Assembly (NCBI GenBank): GCA_038496445.1
Contig: JALMLS010000168.1
Location: 7,879-71,878, forward strand
Source of the DNA: Trichosphaerium sp. ATCC 40318
Lineage: Eukaryota; Protista; Tubulinea
Reading direction: 5' to 3'
Length of the DNA stretch: 64,000 nucleotides
Both the position numbers and the translations under genes were made by a program. Of the stretch, positions 26,401 through 37,594 are shown piece by piece; the first letter of the stretch is position 1, and each line of letters starts with the position of its first letter. The notes below the pieces were generated by a model, which worked only from the letters and a program-made list of their open reading frames with translations, made no database searches and was not told where the DNA came from.

Positions 26401-28756
26401 ACTACTAGTAGAGGAAGTATTTTGTTCAAGCGAAACCCTTCTTTGAAGCTAAATATACCAGAAATCGATAACTCAAAGAGATTCCCAAAATTTACGTTCT
26501 TGAAAAAAGGAGAAAAGAAACTACAACGTACGCAGTGCTATGATCCTTTTTTGTTTCCAAAGCTCATGCAGTTGTATACAGAATGGGATTGTTTCCTTGC
26601 AAAAGGATTACGCCTATTTTCTAGCCATGGACAGCGTGTTACTCTGTATTTATTCCAACATCACGTGGCTTATTTGAAAGTTTCGTTTATGAGAGAAACA
26701 TTTGTACGTCAGCTCACGTGGTTTTTTTTTCAACGTAGTTTTTCATACGCATTACTACATATTTTATTACAACAATAACATTAGAATATAGTCTCACATA
26801 CTGAATAAAAGGCTACATTCTGTAGTTAGGGTTTTTTTTTAATGTCAAAAAAACTGTTTGACATTCTTTCTTGGTTCTTCTGCTCTTTGGCTGATGTTTT
26901 TTACAGGAATTCGTTAGCCTAGAAAATATTCTTGACATAAAGCTATTAAACGGAAAGAATGACCAACGTAAAATACTAGAAATCGAATCACCATCCATAA
27001 TGGTAAGTTTCTTTATCAGCCTTTTTTTTTCTCAACTTTGTTTTTCAGATGCATTTCGAGTTTGCCAACATCAAAGAAGGTGAAGAGTGCCGTGACCTTC
27101 TGCACAAGTATGTATTATAAGCAGCGATACTTTTCATTTGACATGAAGCTAAATCTTAATAAAGCATTTGGAACGCGAGACGTCATAGTCTTTCAAAAAG
27201 GCTTGCTAGCTCAATTATTGCAATGACAGATTCAAAGTCATCTTCCAGGAGCTCTCTCAGCCAAAGGTACTAAATCCTAGAAATCTCTTACTTTACTGAA
27301 ACGTATTTTTAGCAGTAGAAGTCTACGAAGCACAAGAGGTACGTTTTAAAGGAAAAGAAAAAAAAGTACAAAAATAACTCTTTTTCAAAGGAACTCACAA
27401 GCCTCACGCATCAATTGGTGACGCCCCTTCAAAATGGTTAGACTTTCACAATAAACAAAAAAAGCGTAGAAAAGGAACCAATATTGGATCAGAAAGAATA
27501 AAGAACGAAGAAACGAAACACGAGCCAAAACAAGAACCTGAAGAAAACCCAGAGAAAAAACAAGAAAAGGTTGAAGTAAAAGATGAAGAAGAAAACATTA
27601 AACTGAACGCAACACCGGAGGACGAAGCAGGTGATATCGACCTACCACCACCTCCAAAAAAAGCTCCACCAGATCCTTTACTTAAGGAAAAACAAATGAA
27701 GCGCTCTGAGGACATAGAGAACCTTAAAAAGCCTGAGGAGAAGGTATCAATTCGTAGAAGTACAGATGATTCTCTATCCATTGCGAAAAGAAAACTAAGC
27801 TCAGGAGAAACCAAGTCAAAGAGTGCTCTATCTCTTCGTAGAGCTAAGTCTATACAACCTCAGTCACCTACAGAACAAAGGAAAAAACCACCAAGAATAA
27901 GAAGAACACGTTCGCAGTCGATGAACGCGAAACCAATGCCAATTCGAAGAAAAAGAAGCAATCCAGCAATCAAGAAAGGCGGAAAACGCTCAGCATCTCA
28001 TCTTGCTTTAAGCACCAAGTCAAGGTCACGACGTAACAGGGAGTTGAGAAATACGGTGGATAATACACAAGACCGAGAGACGGAGAAGAAGCGAGTTAAG
28101 AGGAAATTACCTAGAGCGAAAACAACAGATGACATAAAAAAATTGGCTCATATTGATTCTCTTCTTGGTGATGACTCTGTACGTTTGGAGATCATCTTGG
28201 GTTATGAACTAATATCTACATAGTATTATGATAGCCACTCAAAGTCCGAGCATTTGTATGAGACGATGAATATGACGAAACAAGATTGGGAAATGATTCT
28301 TGATGAATCACCTTACAAGACTTATAAAAAAGGAGATGTTGTACTTGAGTATGGAGCAAATTTAAATCAATTATCTCAAATCACACGTGGTATGTGTAAA
28401 GTATTACGTAAAGATAAAACTCAGATTGGAACGATGGGAGCAGGAGATATATTCGGGTAAACATTTAAAAACAAACTTTTTTGTTGACTTTTTTTAAAAA
28501 GGGATTTGAACTTTCTTCTTGGCACGCCAGCGTCAGCAACAGTTGTAGCATGTGAAGAAAACACTGAGGTAATAATATTAAAGTTGTTTATTAGAAAATT
28601 AAACTGTCTCAGGTACTATCATTGAATGGCATGTGGCTTCAGATTCTATTTGTTAAAAGACCACATTTGGCTGCAAGATTTTACTTTTATATTGCTTCTG
28701 TTTTATTCCGTCGTTTACATCAAAGAAAGGCTTTCACGTACACAACTGACAGATAA
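23473..28756 (+). CDS. RhoGEF (DH)-PH-MORN-cNMP-binding-GRAM-cNMP-binding multidomain protein
   Basis: DH 'KRENILVEILETEVTYVNNL...LGDLLITPVQRVPRYELLLRELVKHTDKDHPD'. PH 'LYLFNDM...ISPDKSWKLLF..RRSWIKAI'. MORN 'YTGTFNYGMLHGQG', 'FEGYW..GYGTVTYPNG'. cNB1 'DWELL..FFRGQVILKE..YRILEGEV..SFGE'. GRAM-like 'WDCFL..TLYLFQHHVAY'. cNB2 'DWEMIL..YKKGDVVL..GDIFGDLNFLLGTPASATVVA..RPHLAARFY'. Confidence 0.88.
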
Positions 28757-28984
28757 TATAAGAACAGATGTATACAATATTTCTATTTAAATAAAAATAT
28801 ACTACACTATGGCACACCTAGAATTTACAACAAAAAAAATTCACCATAGACTAAGTTTTGCAACCTAATCGTACTTTATTCTTAAAAAACAAAAATAGCA
28901 AAGTGTAGCGTGAAAATCTGTACTAATAAACACACCTACTACAAGCAACTAGGTAAATGGGGGTACGAATTCATACCAAGTTTA

Positions 28985-29691
28985 TTAGGTAGTCTTTTTT
29001 GCTTTCGCACTTTTACAAGAAGCTTTTTTTGTACACAATACGTTACATGGCCATGTAGCACAGAAAGCTGTGATTAAAATAAGCAAACCGATACCATACA
29101 CAAATGAAGGAACTTTCCATGATGTTCTATGATTATTAGACCACTCAGCTTTCGATTCAACAAGCTCTTTTCTTAAATTTTCAATAATAAACTCAAGCCT
29201 TGCTATATCTGAGACATCTATACTCTTTAACTCTACTTCGAATTCTCTAATCGTCGAGAGTACTGATACTTGAAATACTAAAGAAGCTTTGTCGTCCTAA
29301 GAAAACTCAGTAAGCTATCGCCTTGAAGTGTACCACTTACAGATCTAGTGACAGCTACAGAAGCTTGGGTGTTATTTTTGGCTAAACTTGATTCTAATAA
29401 ATCAACAAAGTCTTCTGGTGTTTGTATGATGCCCTTTGAGATATCCTTCGTGTCACTTGCTTGTATAACAGCTTCGTAGACCCTGTAGCTCCTATGATTT
29501 GCAAAAATTAATCACGTGACCCTCCATATACCAAAGCGTTACCTTGTATGTTGTAGGTGTAAGCGAAGTTCGTCATCTTTGCTGGTTAGTTTTATAACGG
29601 AATCCTCTAAGAGACCTTCGAAAGAAACTGCACTAACTATCGAAGCAAAACATAATATAGTTACAATGGAAGTGAATGATATCATCCTCAT
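28985..29691 (-). CDS. Small type I membrane protein: signal peptide, globular head, coiled coil, TM
   Basis: Three exons in frame: MRMISFTSIVTILCFASIVSA...LHLQHTR|SYRVYEAVI...|DDKASLVFQV...ARLEFIIENLRKELVE...FVYGIGLLILITAFCATW...KKTT*. Confidence 0.75.
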
Positions 29692-30062
29692 ACTTTTTAA
29701 ACAATGACAATTGAGTAGCATACTTTAAGTCTAGTAACATCAATATGGTTTTGTTAAGTCATATTACCATTTCCGAACGGACGTGTTGTACGTTATCAAG
29801 CTGATTTCGTTTTGTCCTAGTTCATCAAGTTAAAACAGATGCTTCTTCTAATACAGCGCATCAAAACAGAGCAACTAACTAACTTCTGTAAGGAAATGTT
29901 TTTTGCCTTGCTTGTCAATGAATGATTCATTCGGCTGTTTATGAAACAATATGATATTTATTATGAGTGGTAAATTCCGTCAAATTACATCTGCTTGATG
30001 TTCTTTCCTTTAAAAGCTTTATAGAAGCATTTCTTAACTTTTTTGTTCTTATTCTTTGTTTT

Positions 30063-31865
30063 TTAGTAGAGGCACGTGCAGGTTCTGTTAAAGTATCCCA
30101 CGTGATACTCTAATTGCGGAATATTTGTACGCAAGAATATACAATACCATTCGTCTACATCACAGTGCCATTCTTTTGGTCCTGTTTGACGGCAAGGGAA
30201 GAGAGGATCACACCTTTTAGAACCTTAAGAAAAAGAAGATTTTTAAACAAGCACGTACATGCACTCGTTGTTAGGTCCTACTGTAGGGTGAACACATGCT
30301 ACCTCTGGTGGCGGAGGTGTTGGAGCGGTTGTTGTTGGTGGAGCGGTTGTTGGTGGAGCTTGTACACTGACTTGAGAAGGTGAAGGAGGTCCACAAACTG
30401 CAGGTGTTCCGGCGCTAAAAACCTTTAATACAAATTGAATGCCATGTCACTACTCACCGAGGTCCACCACTGTGAGATTGGTATGAATTTCCAATAGTAA
30501 CATCATTTACTACTAACCACATGTCATAGTCACCTTGTACGTCCCAACATACTAGCAAACTTTAGGAGCTTATTTTAATTGCTTATAGGTTTTGGAACAA
30601 ATTGAAAAAAGCTCTTACCTTCCCATGAACATGTAAATTCTTGTCCATTTGATAGTGTCGTCGAACCAGTAAGTCTTCTCTCGCTTCCGTCAATAAACGC
30701 AGCTCCCTAGTCGCAACATTAGCAAAGTTCGAAGTCAATAAAGTACAAAGTGAACTTGGAAAAAAAAAGTAGAGAACGCGCTTACTGAACCAGTGCAAGA
30801 AAGTGAAGGTGGTGTGATACGGCCACCAGGATGATCAAAAGACCATGTAGTATCGTGAATGGTATCAGGCATACGAGGTGGATTCGAAATAGTAGTAGAA
30901 ACAATAGAGCAAGTGCCTAGGGACAAAATTAGAATTCTTGTTTGGGCCAAGACAGCGTCTTTCTTTCATAAAATCTTCTTTTTGTACCTGGCAATACTTG
31001 ACCATCAGGTACAACACTGTGCCATGCATCTCCTCTAGGGACACAGCAAAATTGCGTAAGGACTACATCGAGTTGTGACTCAACAGTGCCATCCATCTCA
31101 AGTTGGATGTTATCTACTGAATCAAAAACAGTGTATGGTGGTTCTAAAGGCAAACAAATGTCTCTAAAGCACCAGTGAGAACAACGTGTACAATAATTAT
31201 CAAAGAAAACCAACAAGTTTCCTACTCCGATGCAAACAACGCGAGCAACAAACAAACATTATAGCGAATGAAAAAGATTTTGGTCACGTGACCAAAAAAT
31301 CTATCAAAAAAAAAAGTTCTTGTGTCGTACCTTTCGCCAATAAACGCAGGTAGAGCAAGCGTAGAAGTACTGGTTGTACCGCCTGAAGTTGTTATTACTC
31401 TAATAGCATGTTCTCTATCTGGGTTATCCTCTATAAAATTCCAGCAACCTACAAAGCAATTAAACTACTCCAACTCCCTAAAAACTACAAAAGAAGCATA
31501 GAAAGCTTTTTTTTTTGTTTTGAATCTTTTTTTTTGTCACGCGTACCGCATCCAATCTCTCTTAAATTGGTTCCTCCTATGTTACTGTACTCAATATCAC
31601 ACGTGCCAAGAGACATAGCAGCAGTGTTACATTGTAAACTACCAACTACAGCACGCGTTGTGACCTCCGGACCGCCTGTATTATCACAATTGAGCTGACG
31701 AGTGCCAAGAAATGAAGCATCTGTCATAGGAGCACTGCTTTGACTTCCAGGCGTTTCGCATCGTACAGGAGGTGAGAAAAGGGTAAGTAAGTCGATAGCG
31801 TATGGAGACTGTTGGGAGTGTACTAGAGATAAACACGACAGTATTACAAGTAGAATAATGCGCAT
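30063..31865 (-). CDS. Secreted Cys-rich protein with Pro/Thr linker and small C-terminal Cys domain, tandem paralog 1
   Basis: Signal peptide; 'PYAIDLLTLFSPPVRCET..FLGTRQLNCD..TTRAVVGSLQC'; 'QFCCVPRGDAWHS'; PPTT linker; 'CDPLFPC..WHCDVDEWYC..CTCLY*'. Collinear with 32264-34398. Confidence 0.8.
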
Positions 31866-32263
31866 CTCGGGGATATCTCGAACACTTGAAGAATATAAAA
31901 GAACAAAACTTATGAAAGACTTTTTTTTTTTTTGTTGAACATTTGCAGACTCAAGTCTTAATTTATGGTTGGGGTAAACATGTGCACCAGTTTGTACCCT
32001 TGGTATTTATCTTGAGATTGTGAGTTTGTATTTTGGTAGTTCGTAACTCTTGAATGTGAAAACTGCAAAAAACAAGCGAACGCTGATCTTTTTTTTGGTG
32101 GCACGTGTTCCTTGAACTAAACAGAACAAAAAATTTTTACGCTTTTTGTTTTAATGTATTTTCGTTTGTCTTTGATTTTAATGCGTCACATGCCGACTAC
32201 AGGCCTTGTTTATAGTATTCGCTTGTGTAGTAATACAAAAGACGTTAAATGAGCAATTCTATA

Positions 32264-34398
32264 CTAGTAGAAGCAGGTACACATTCGGTCATAGTAGCTC
32301 ACAGTGTACTCTGTTGGTGGGCTGTTCACACGAATGAAACTACAATACCATTCTGATGTATCACAGTTCCATTTACGAGGGAAATTGAAGTCAAAGACTT
32401 CGCAAGGGAAACGTGGATCGCATCTAGAAGTATATTACGTCAACAGAAAGATGAAGAGGCGAAAATCGATTTGTGAATATTCAGAAAAAACAACTTTTGA
32501 TAAACGTACACACAACTGCCGGTAGGTCCGACTTGAGGAGCCACGCAAATCATCTCTGGTGGAGGTGCCGTTGGAGGTTGTGTTGTTGGAGCCATAGTAG
32601 TAGGAGGTAGAGTTGTAGGTGGCTGAGTGGTTGGAGGCTAAAAATGTTTTTAAAAAAGCGACCAGATAAACTATATGCTACCTCTGTTGTTGGTGGTAAC
32701 GTTGTTGGAGGAAGTGTGGTTGGTGGAAGTGTAGTTGGAGGCAACGTTGTTGGCTGTAGCGTCGTTGGAGGTTCAGTAGTAGGTGGCTAAAAACATAAGA
32801 ACCGATTTCAAAACTAGTGAATTTGTACCTCTGTTGTTGGAGGTAGAGTTGTAGGTGGTAACTGAACGGTGATTGTAGTTGGCAGAGGGGCAGTACAGTG
32901 ATCCTCTGTTGCGAATCTGCCAAAGAAAAGAGGTAAGAATTTGATAGTCTGGACGTCTCGCATGACGTTTTGTGAGTTGTTTTTTATCGCACCTTGAACC
33001 GCCTGAGTGAGAGTTGTAAGTATTACCTACAACAGTATCTCTGACTTCCGTCCACATATCAAAAGTTCCAGGTGTGTCCCAACAAACTATATACCAGTAA
33101 GGCTAACGCAAACTAAATACCTGTTTCAGTACTCACCTTCCCAACTACAAGCATAAGAGGCGCCAGATATAAGATTGGTAGTTCCAAAAACTCCACGTTC
33201 GTTACCTTGAATAAACGCAGAGCCCTAGTAAAATATAAGTTACGTCATGAGAAATACTACAAAAAAAGCACTTACAGCACCACCAGTACAAGCGAGTGTA
33301 GGACTGTTTATGATTCCAGCGTCATGAATTAACATCCACTCAGTAGTGTGACTTGTTGGAGGGAATGTTGGAGGGTTATCGATAGTCATCGTGATCGTTG
33401 AACAGTCGCCTTATCAATAGTAAGACTTTTTGTGGTTAGTTATTTGCATACCTGCAGTCAAATCGGCAGACGGCGTAATTGAATGGTAGGCGTCTCCACG
33501 TGGTACGCAACAAAATTGCTCAATGACATCGTCTAGCTGGGACTCTGCTGTACCATCAATAACCAAAGTAACGCTATCAAGTGAAGATAATACAGATGTT
33601 GGCGCAGAGATAGGAAGACAGTGGTCTCTGTTGTTTGAATAAAAATGTAAGTAATTTTTTTTTGACCATGTGACGAATCACGTGGAGGGCGAATATCTTT
33701 GGTTGGTGTATATTAAAAAGAGTACCTTCTACCAACAAAAGATTGGGACGTAATTGAAGTTACACTTTCTGTAGCGCCTGAGCGTGCTGTGACTCTAATG
33801 TCGTGTAATCTATCAGGGTTTTGTTCTATTATACTCCAACAACCTTTATACAAATAAATAAATTAAACTCCAAAGAAACAACTCAAAAACCGCTTTATAA
33901 AGGAGTAATTAATAAAGACTACACTCCGCAATAAAAGAAAAGATACGAAAACAATCAGCAAGCTGAAAAAAAGCAAAACAACAAAAACGGCTTTCTGTTT
34001 TTGTGGCTTTTTTGAAATCAAAACAAAAAAAAAAAAAGATTCATTTCTTCATCTTATAAAAACAACGCTATCTTACCGCATCCATTTGCTAATAAATCAA
34101 CACCGCCAATATTACTATAATCATAACTACAAAAACCAAGAGAACCAGACGCGATATCGCATTGTAGAGAGCCAACAAGAGCACGTGTTGTCGTTTCTGT
34201 TCCTTGTGTTGTATCGCAACCAAGTGTTCTTGTACCCAAGAAACTAGGGTTATCTAGAGGAACGCTCATGGCAGGCCCTATTGTTTCACATCGTAGTGTA
34301 GGTGTAAAAACTGAAAGTGTATCTATAGCGTAAGGAGTCTCCGGTTGTGAAGCTACTAATGTAAAGGAAAACAAAAGGAGGAGTACTAGCCTCATCAT
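32264..34398 (-). CDS. Secreted Cys-rich protein with longer Pro/Thr linker, tandem paralog 2
   Basis: 'PYAIDTLSVFTPTLRCET..FLGTRTLGCD..TTRALVGSLQC'; 'QFCCVPRGDAYHS'; (PPTTL)n; 'CDPRFPC..WNCDTSEWYC..CTCFY*'. Shares 5' context (ccccgagATG) with paralog 1. Confidence 0.8.
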
Positions 34399-34812
34399 CT
34401 CGGGGTATCTCTTTTTGCTTTGTGAAAAGAACACGAAACTTTTTGACACTGGTTTTTGTTCGCTGTTTTTTTTCAAAACAAAAGGGAATTGTAATACGAA
34501 GGTTGATGTTAACCTGTGCTTTGAAAGTTCAACTTGTTCGCCTTTTTAAGACTTCTACTTGTACGCTACTCATACCGCTTCGAGAGCACGTACAGCCACG
34601 TGATAGTTGCTATGTAGTACAAGTAGCGCACTCAATTTCCAAGTTAAAAAGCTGTTGACTAGCTCTTGTTTATGGAACAAAAACAAGCTATTTGTAGAAG
34701 GGGGGGGATTGTGGCTTTATTTACATCTATTTTCATAAGGGTGAACTGGAGTTGAAGCACTGGAAAGGTGTTTTGTCGAAGAGCTTCAGTTGACTTGTCT
34801 TTTGGTTTTTTT

Positions 34813-35581
34813 TTACTGTTTCTCGACAGTCTTAAAAGTCCTCAGATCCTGAGTACTTGCTTCATACAACCTATAATATTTGTGTGGAGCTTCAATATCT
34901 TTGAAAGGGAATTGTCCGTTTACTTCATGCTCGGCATATGCAATCTCTCCAATTAGTTTATATCCACATTTTTTGCAAGCTGCGGCACTAAACTTGGTTG
35001 AACAAGGACACAGTGCACCCTATGGCTATAATTATTTATTGACATGATTAAAGCGAGGGTTACCTTATATCCAAGGTCTGTGATATGCTCAAAATTAGTT
35101 TTGTAAAGTTGCGTGGCAATACCACGTCTCGAGTGATTTTTATCCACAGCAATCCCAACCCATTTGACCCAAAACCCTTCTTTACTAGCTTCAAACTTAT
35201 GTCGTGGATTCCATTTACTATACAGTGTTTCGTATATTGAAGAATACTCTGACGTAACTCGCAAACTGGTAAAAATAAGTCACGTGACAGTAGTGAGTTT
35301 GGCGTGTACCATTTGTACTTTGAGGGTGCCTCTAACGCCATATCTAACGCTAAACGAACACCTACTACGTTCCCGGAGGAGTTTTCTATAGCTACAGTTG
35401 ATAAACCTTGAGAAGTGATGGATGGGAATAGTTGTATAAAATAATCTTCAATTTCTTCCCTAGATGCCCCAACCACTTTACACGTAGTTTCTCCAGCATA
35501 AAAACGATCTGTAATTATTTTTATAGCTTCTGCTGTATGTTTCGTTGTCAAGACAGTGTAAGAGTAGCTTTGAAGATGCAT
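34813..35581 (-). CDS. GNAT acetyltransferase (arylalkylamine/dopamine N-acetyltransferase-like)
   Basis: 'DRFYAGETTC', 'GLSTVAIE..GNVVGVRL', acetyl-CoA motif 'IAVDKNHSRRGIATQL', 'STKFSAAACKKCGY'; 2 introns. Confidence 0.85.
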
Positions 35582-36009
35582 CTGATGTGTTTATGATGGT
35601 TGTAACAACTGTTATCTGTACAAAAATGTCGGCTTTTGTTAAGTATGGGAAAATGTGACACTTGTGGTTTTAATGTTGAGCACGCAAAAATTAACAAAGC
35701 ATTCAATGAAAAAAACAGGCTATTCGGAGTGGTAAATTCAGTGTCTGTTGGTGACTATTGGGTTGGCTCACAATGAAAAGAATGTACGTGGGCAAGTTTA
35801 ACGGTCATGTTGTACTTGTAACGCTACTTCTGCTGCAGAACCAGAATTGTGTTCACAACTTTGCTTGCCATACATTTTGGTGAGGTATTCATAGCTGATA
35901 AACAGTACGCTATTATAACAACGTGGTTTGAGTGGTTTACATTCATCAATAACACAATGGAACTGTTCTCCTACCGAGAAATAGGAAACTTGCTGCAAGA
36001 CTAAGGGTC

Positions 36010-37055
36010 ACAACAAAACAACTATTGAAGTAAGAAAATAATGAGAATTGTTTTGTATGTTGTCGTGCAAGGCGCTAATGAAGTAGTATAGAGTTGTGCT
36101 CATGACTTGGTTGGGTGGAGACAGCAAACGTTAAGGTGTTTGTACAATGTAATTTTGACAAAAAGATATGGCTACCAGGTTACGGTCTTAGTCAGTTATT
36201 ATTTCAGGGGTCATTATAGCTTTGGCGCATCCAAGACAGATTTTGGGCATTGAGATCATTTCAGAATTTTTACATGATAAGTGCTCATGGTACTTTTTTA
36301 CAAATACGATAACACGATAAATCCGTTTTCTTTTATACACCTAAAACTCAAATAAAAATAAATTGTGGGATAGACAATACCTGTAGCCCTGTCCATGGTG
36401 ATTCAGATAGTTGTGACTTTGGTTCGAATTGGTTTACATTGAGCTGAGTAAAATGCAGTTTACACTAAAACCTACAACAGCATAACCATGCCAACGGTGA
36501 TAACTGTTGTGCAACTGTTTTTCAAATTGGTTCATGTTGAACTGAGTACTCTCTCGAACACCTTTTAAAGTCACCAAAAGCGCTTTAAAGTACGTTATAA
36601 CACTTGAATATCAACGCTGGGTACTTTATTGTGTTTAAATACGCTCAATAAATAGATACAAAGGCTTTGGAACAGTGCAATTACCAAATTCCATTTGTGT
36701 CAACCGTTTAAAATTATTTTTGTGTTTAACACGTTGAACATGGTACGTATGAACTATTGACCGTATTTATATGCATATTGTATCGGTTTCTTAACGGATA
36801 TAGGATTATCCACAAAAAGATATAATCTCACAACATATCTCTTGTTTCCGAAAAAAAAAAAACTGTTCAACCACGTTTTTTGAACCGACACGTCACCAAA
36901 ACGCTTCAAAGTATGTAAGATAGTATATTATGCACTAAGTCTGATTACTTGGTTGGTGGCACTGACTGACAAACACGTTTTGCGGAGCAAATGTAGCCAA
37001 ATTAGGTGATACGAATTTTATTCATTGGTATTACTCATACAATGCAATATGCCGG
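36010..37055 (-). repeat. Dispersed non-coding repeat, copy D (inverted)
   Basis: Reverse complement matches copy C over about 900 bp and the right flank of copy B. Confidence 0.92.
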
Positions 37056-37179
37056 ATATTCTTGTATTAATGTAGAGAGTGAGGACAAGCTTATTCATTT
37101 GTCAGCGTGTTGTTTAAAAATACAAGTAATCTTTGCATTGTGTCATAACATTATGATAGCCACGTGAGCTTGCTCCAAG

Positions 37180-37330
37180 GATGTAGTATAAACATGCTGC
37201 AACGACGTTACAGATGATGGTGTTGTGGGGCTTTCAAGCACAAGTGATATAAACTTGAGACGAGCTAAAGTGACCAACTGAAGCTTCAAGGCTTTGGCTG
37301 GTGTACATACTCTTCAATCTAAACTAAAGC
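37180..37330 (+). pseudogene. Decayed LRR relic of the F-box/LRR family
   Basis: Translates as 'CNDVTDDGVVGLSSTSDINLRRAKVTN*SFKALAGVHTL' with an internal stop; same repeat type as the 18248 and 52790 genes. Confidence 0.7.
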
Positions 37331-37594
37331 TAACTACCTGGAACGAAAATGACCCTGAAAACTTTCTAAGCACAAACAAGATGAAACTGGTGCGCTTCTT
37401 CGAGCTTTTGGAAGGTGAGATACACTCGCTGTTATCAAAGACATTCGAATAGTATGTGGAATCTAATTATTATCATCTATTCCAAGAATGTAGAATTTGA
37501 ATTCTTAGAAAGTTTGATAAGTCAAGCACAGCTCAACATAAAATAGCCAACAACACAAACTGCAACACCCACTAACACGAAACAACGGCTAAGC

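Noticed and set aside
32550-32870. Short tandem repeats that might be taken for a CRISPR or satellite array
   Set aside because: They encode the (PPTTL)n linker of the secreted protein; there is no repeat-spacer structure.
36418-36432. GGTTCGAAT tRNA T-loop/B-box-like word in the repeat (similar word at 14463)
   Set aside because: No cloverleaf or A-box at the proper distance, and copy A has a variant base, so a tRNA or SINE call is not supported.
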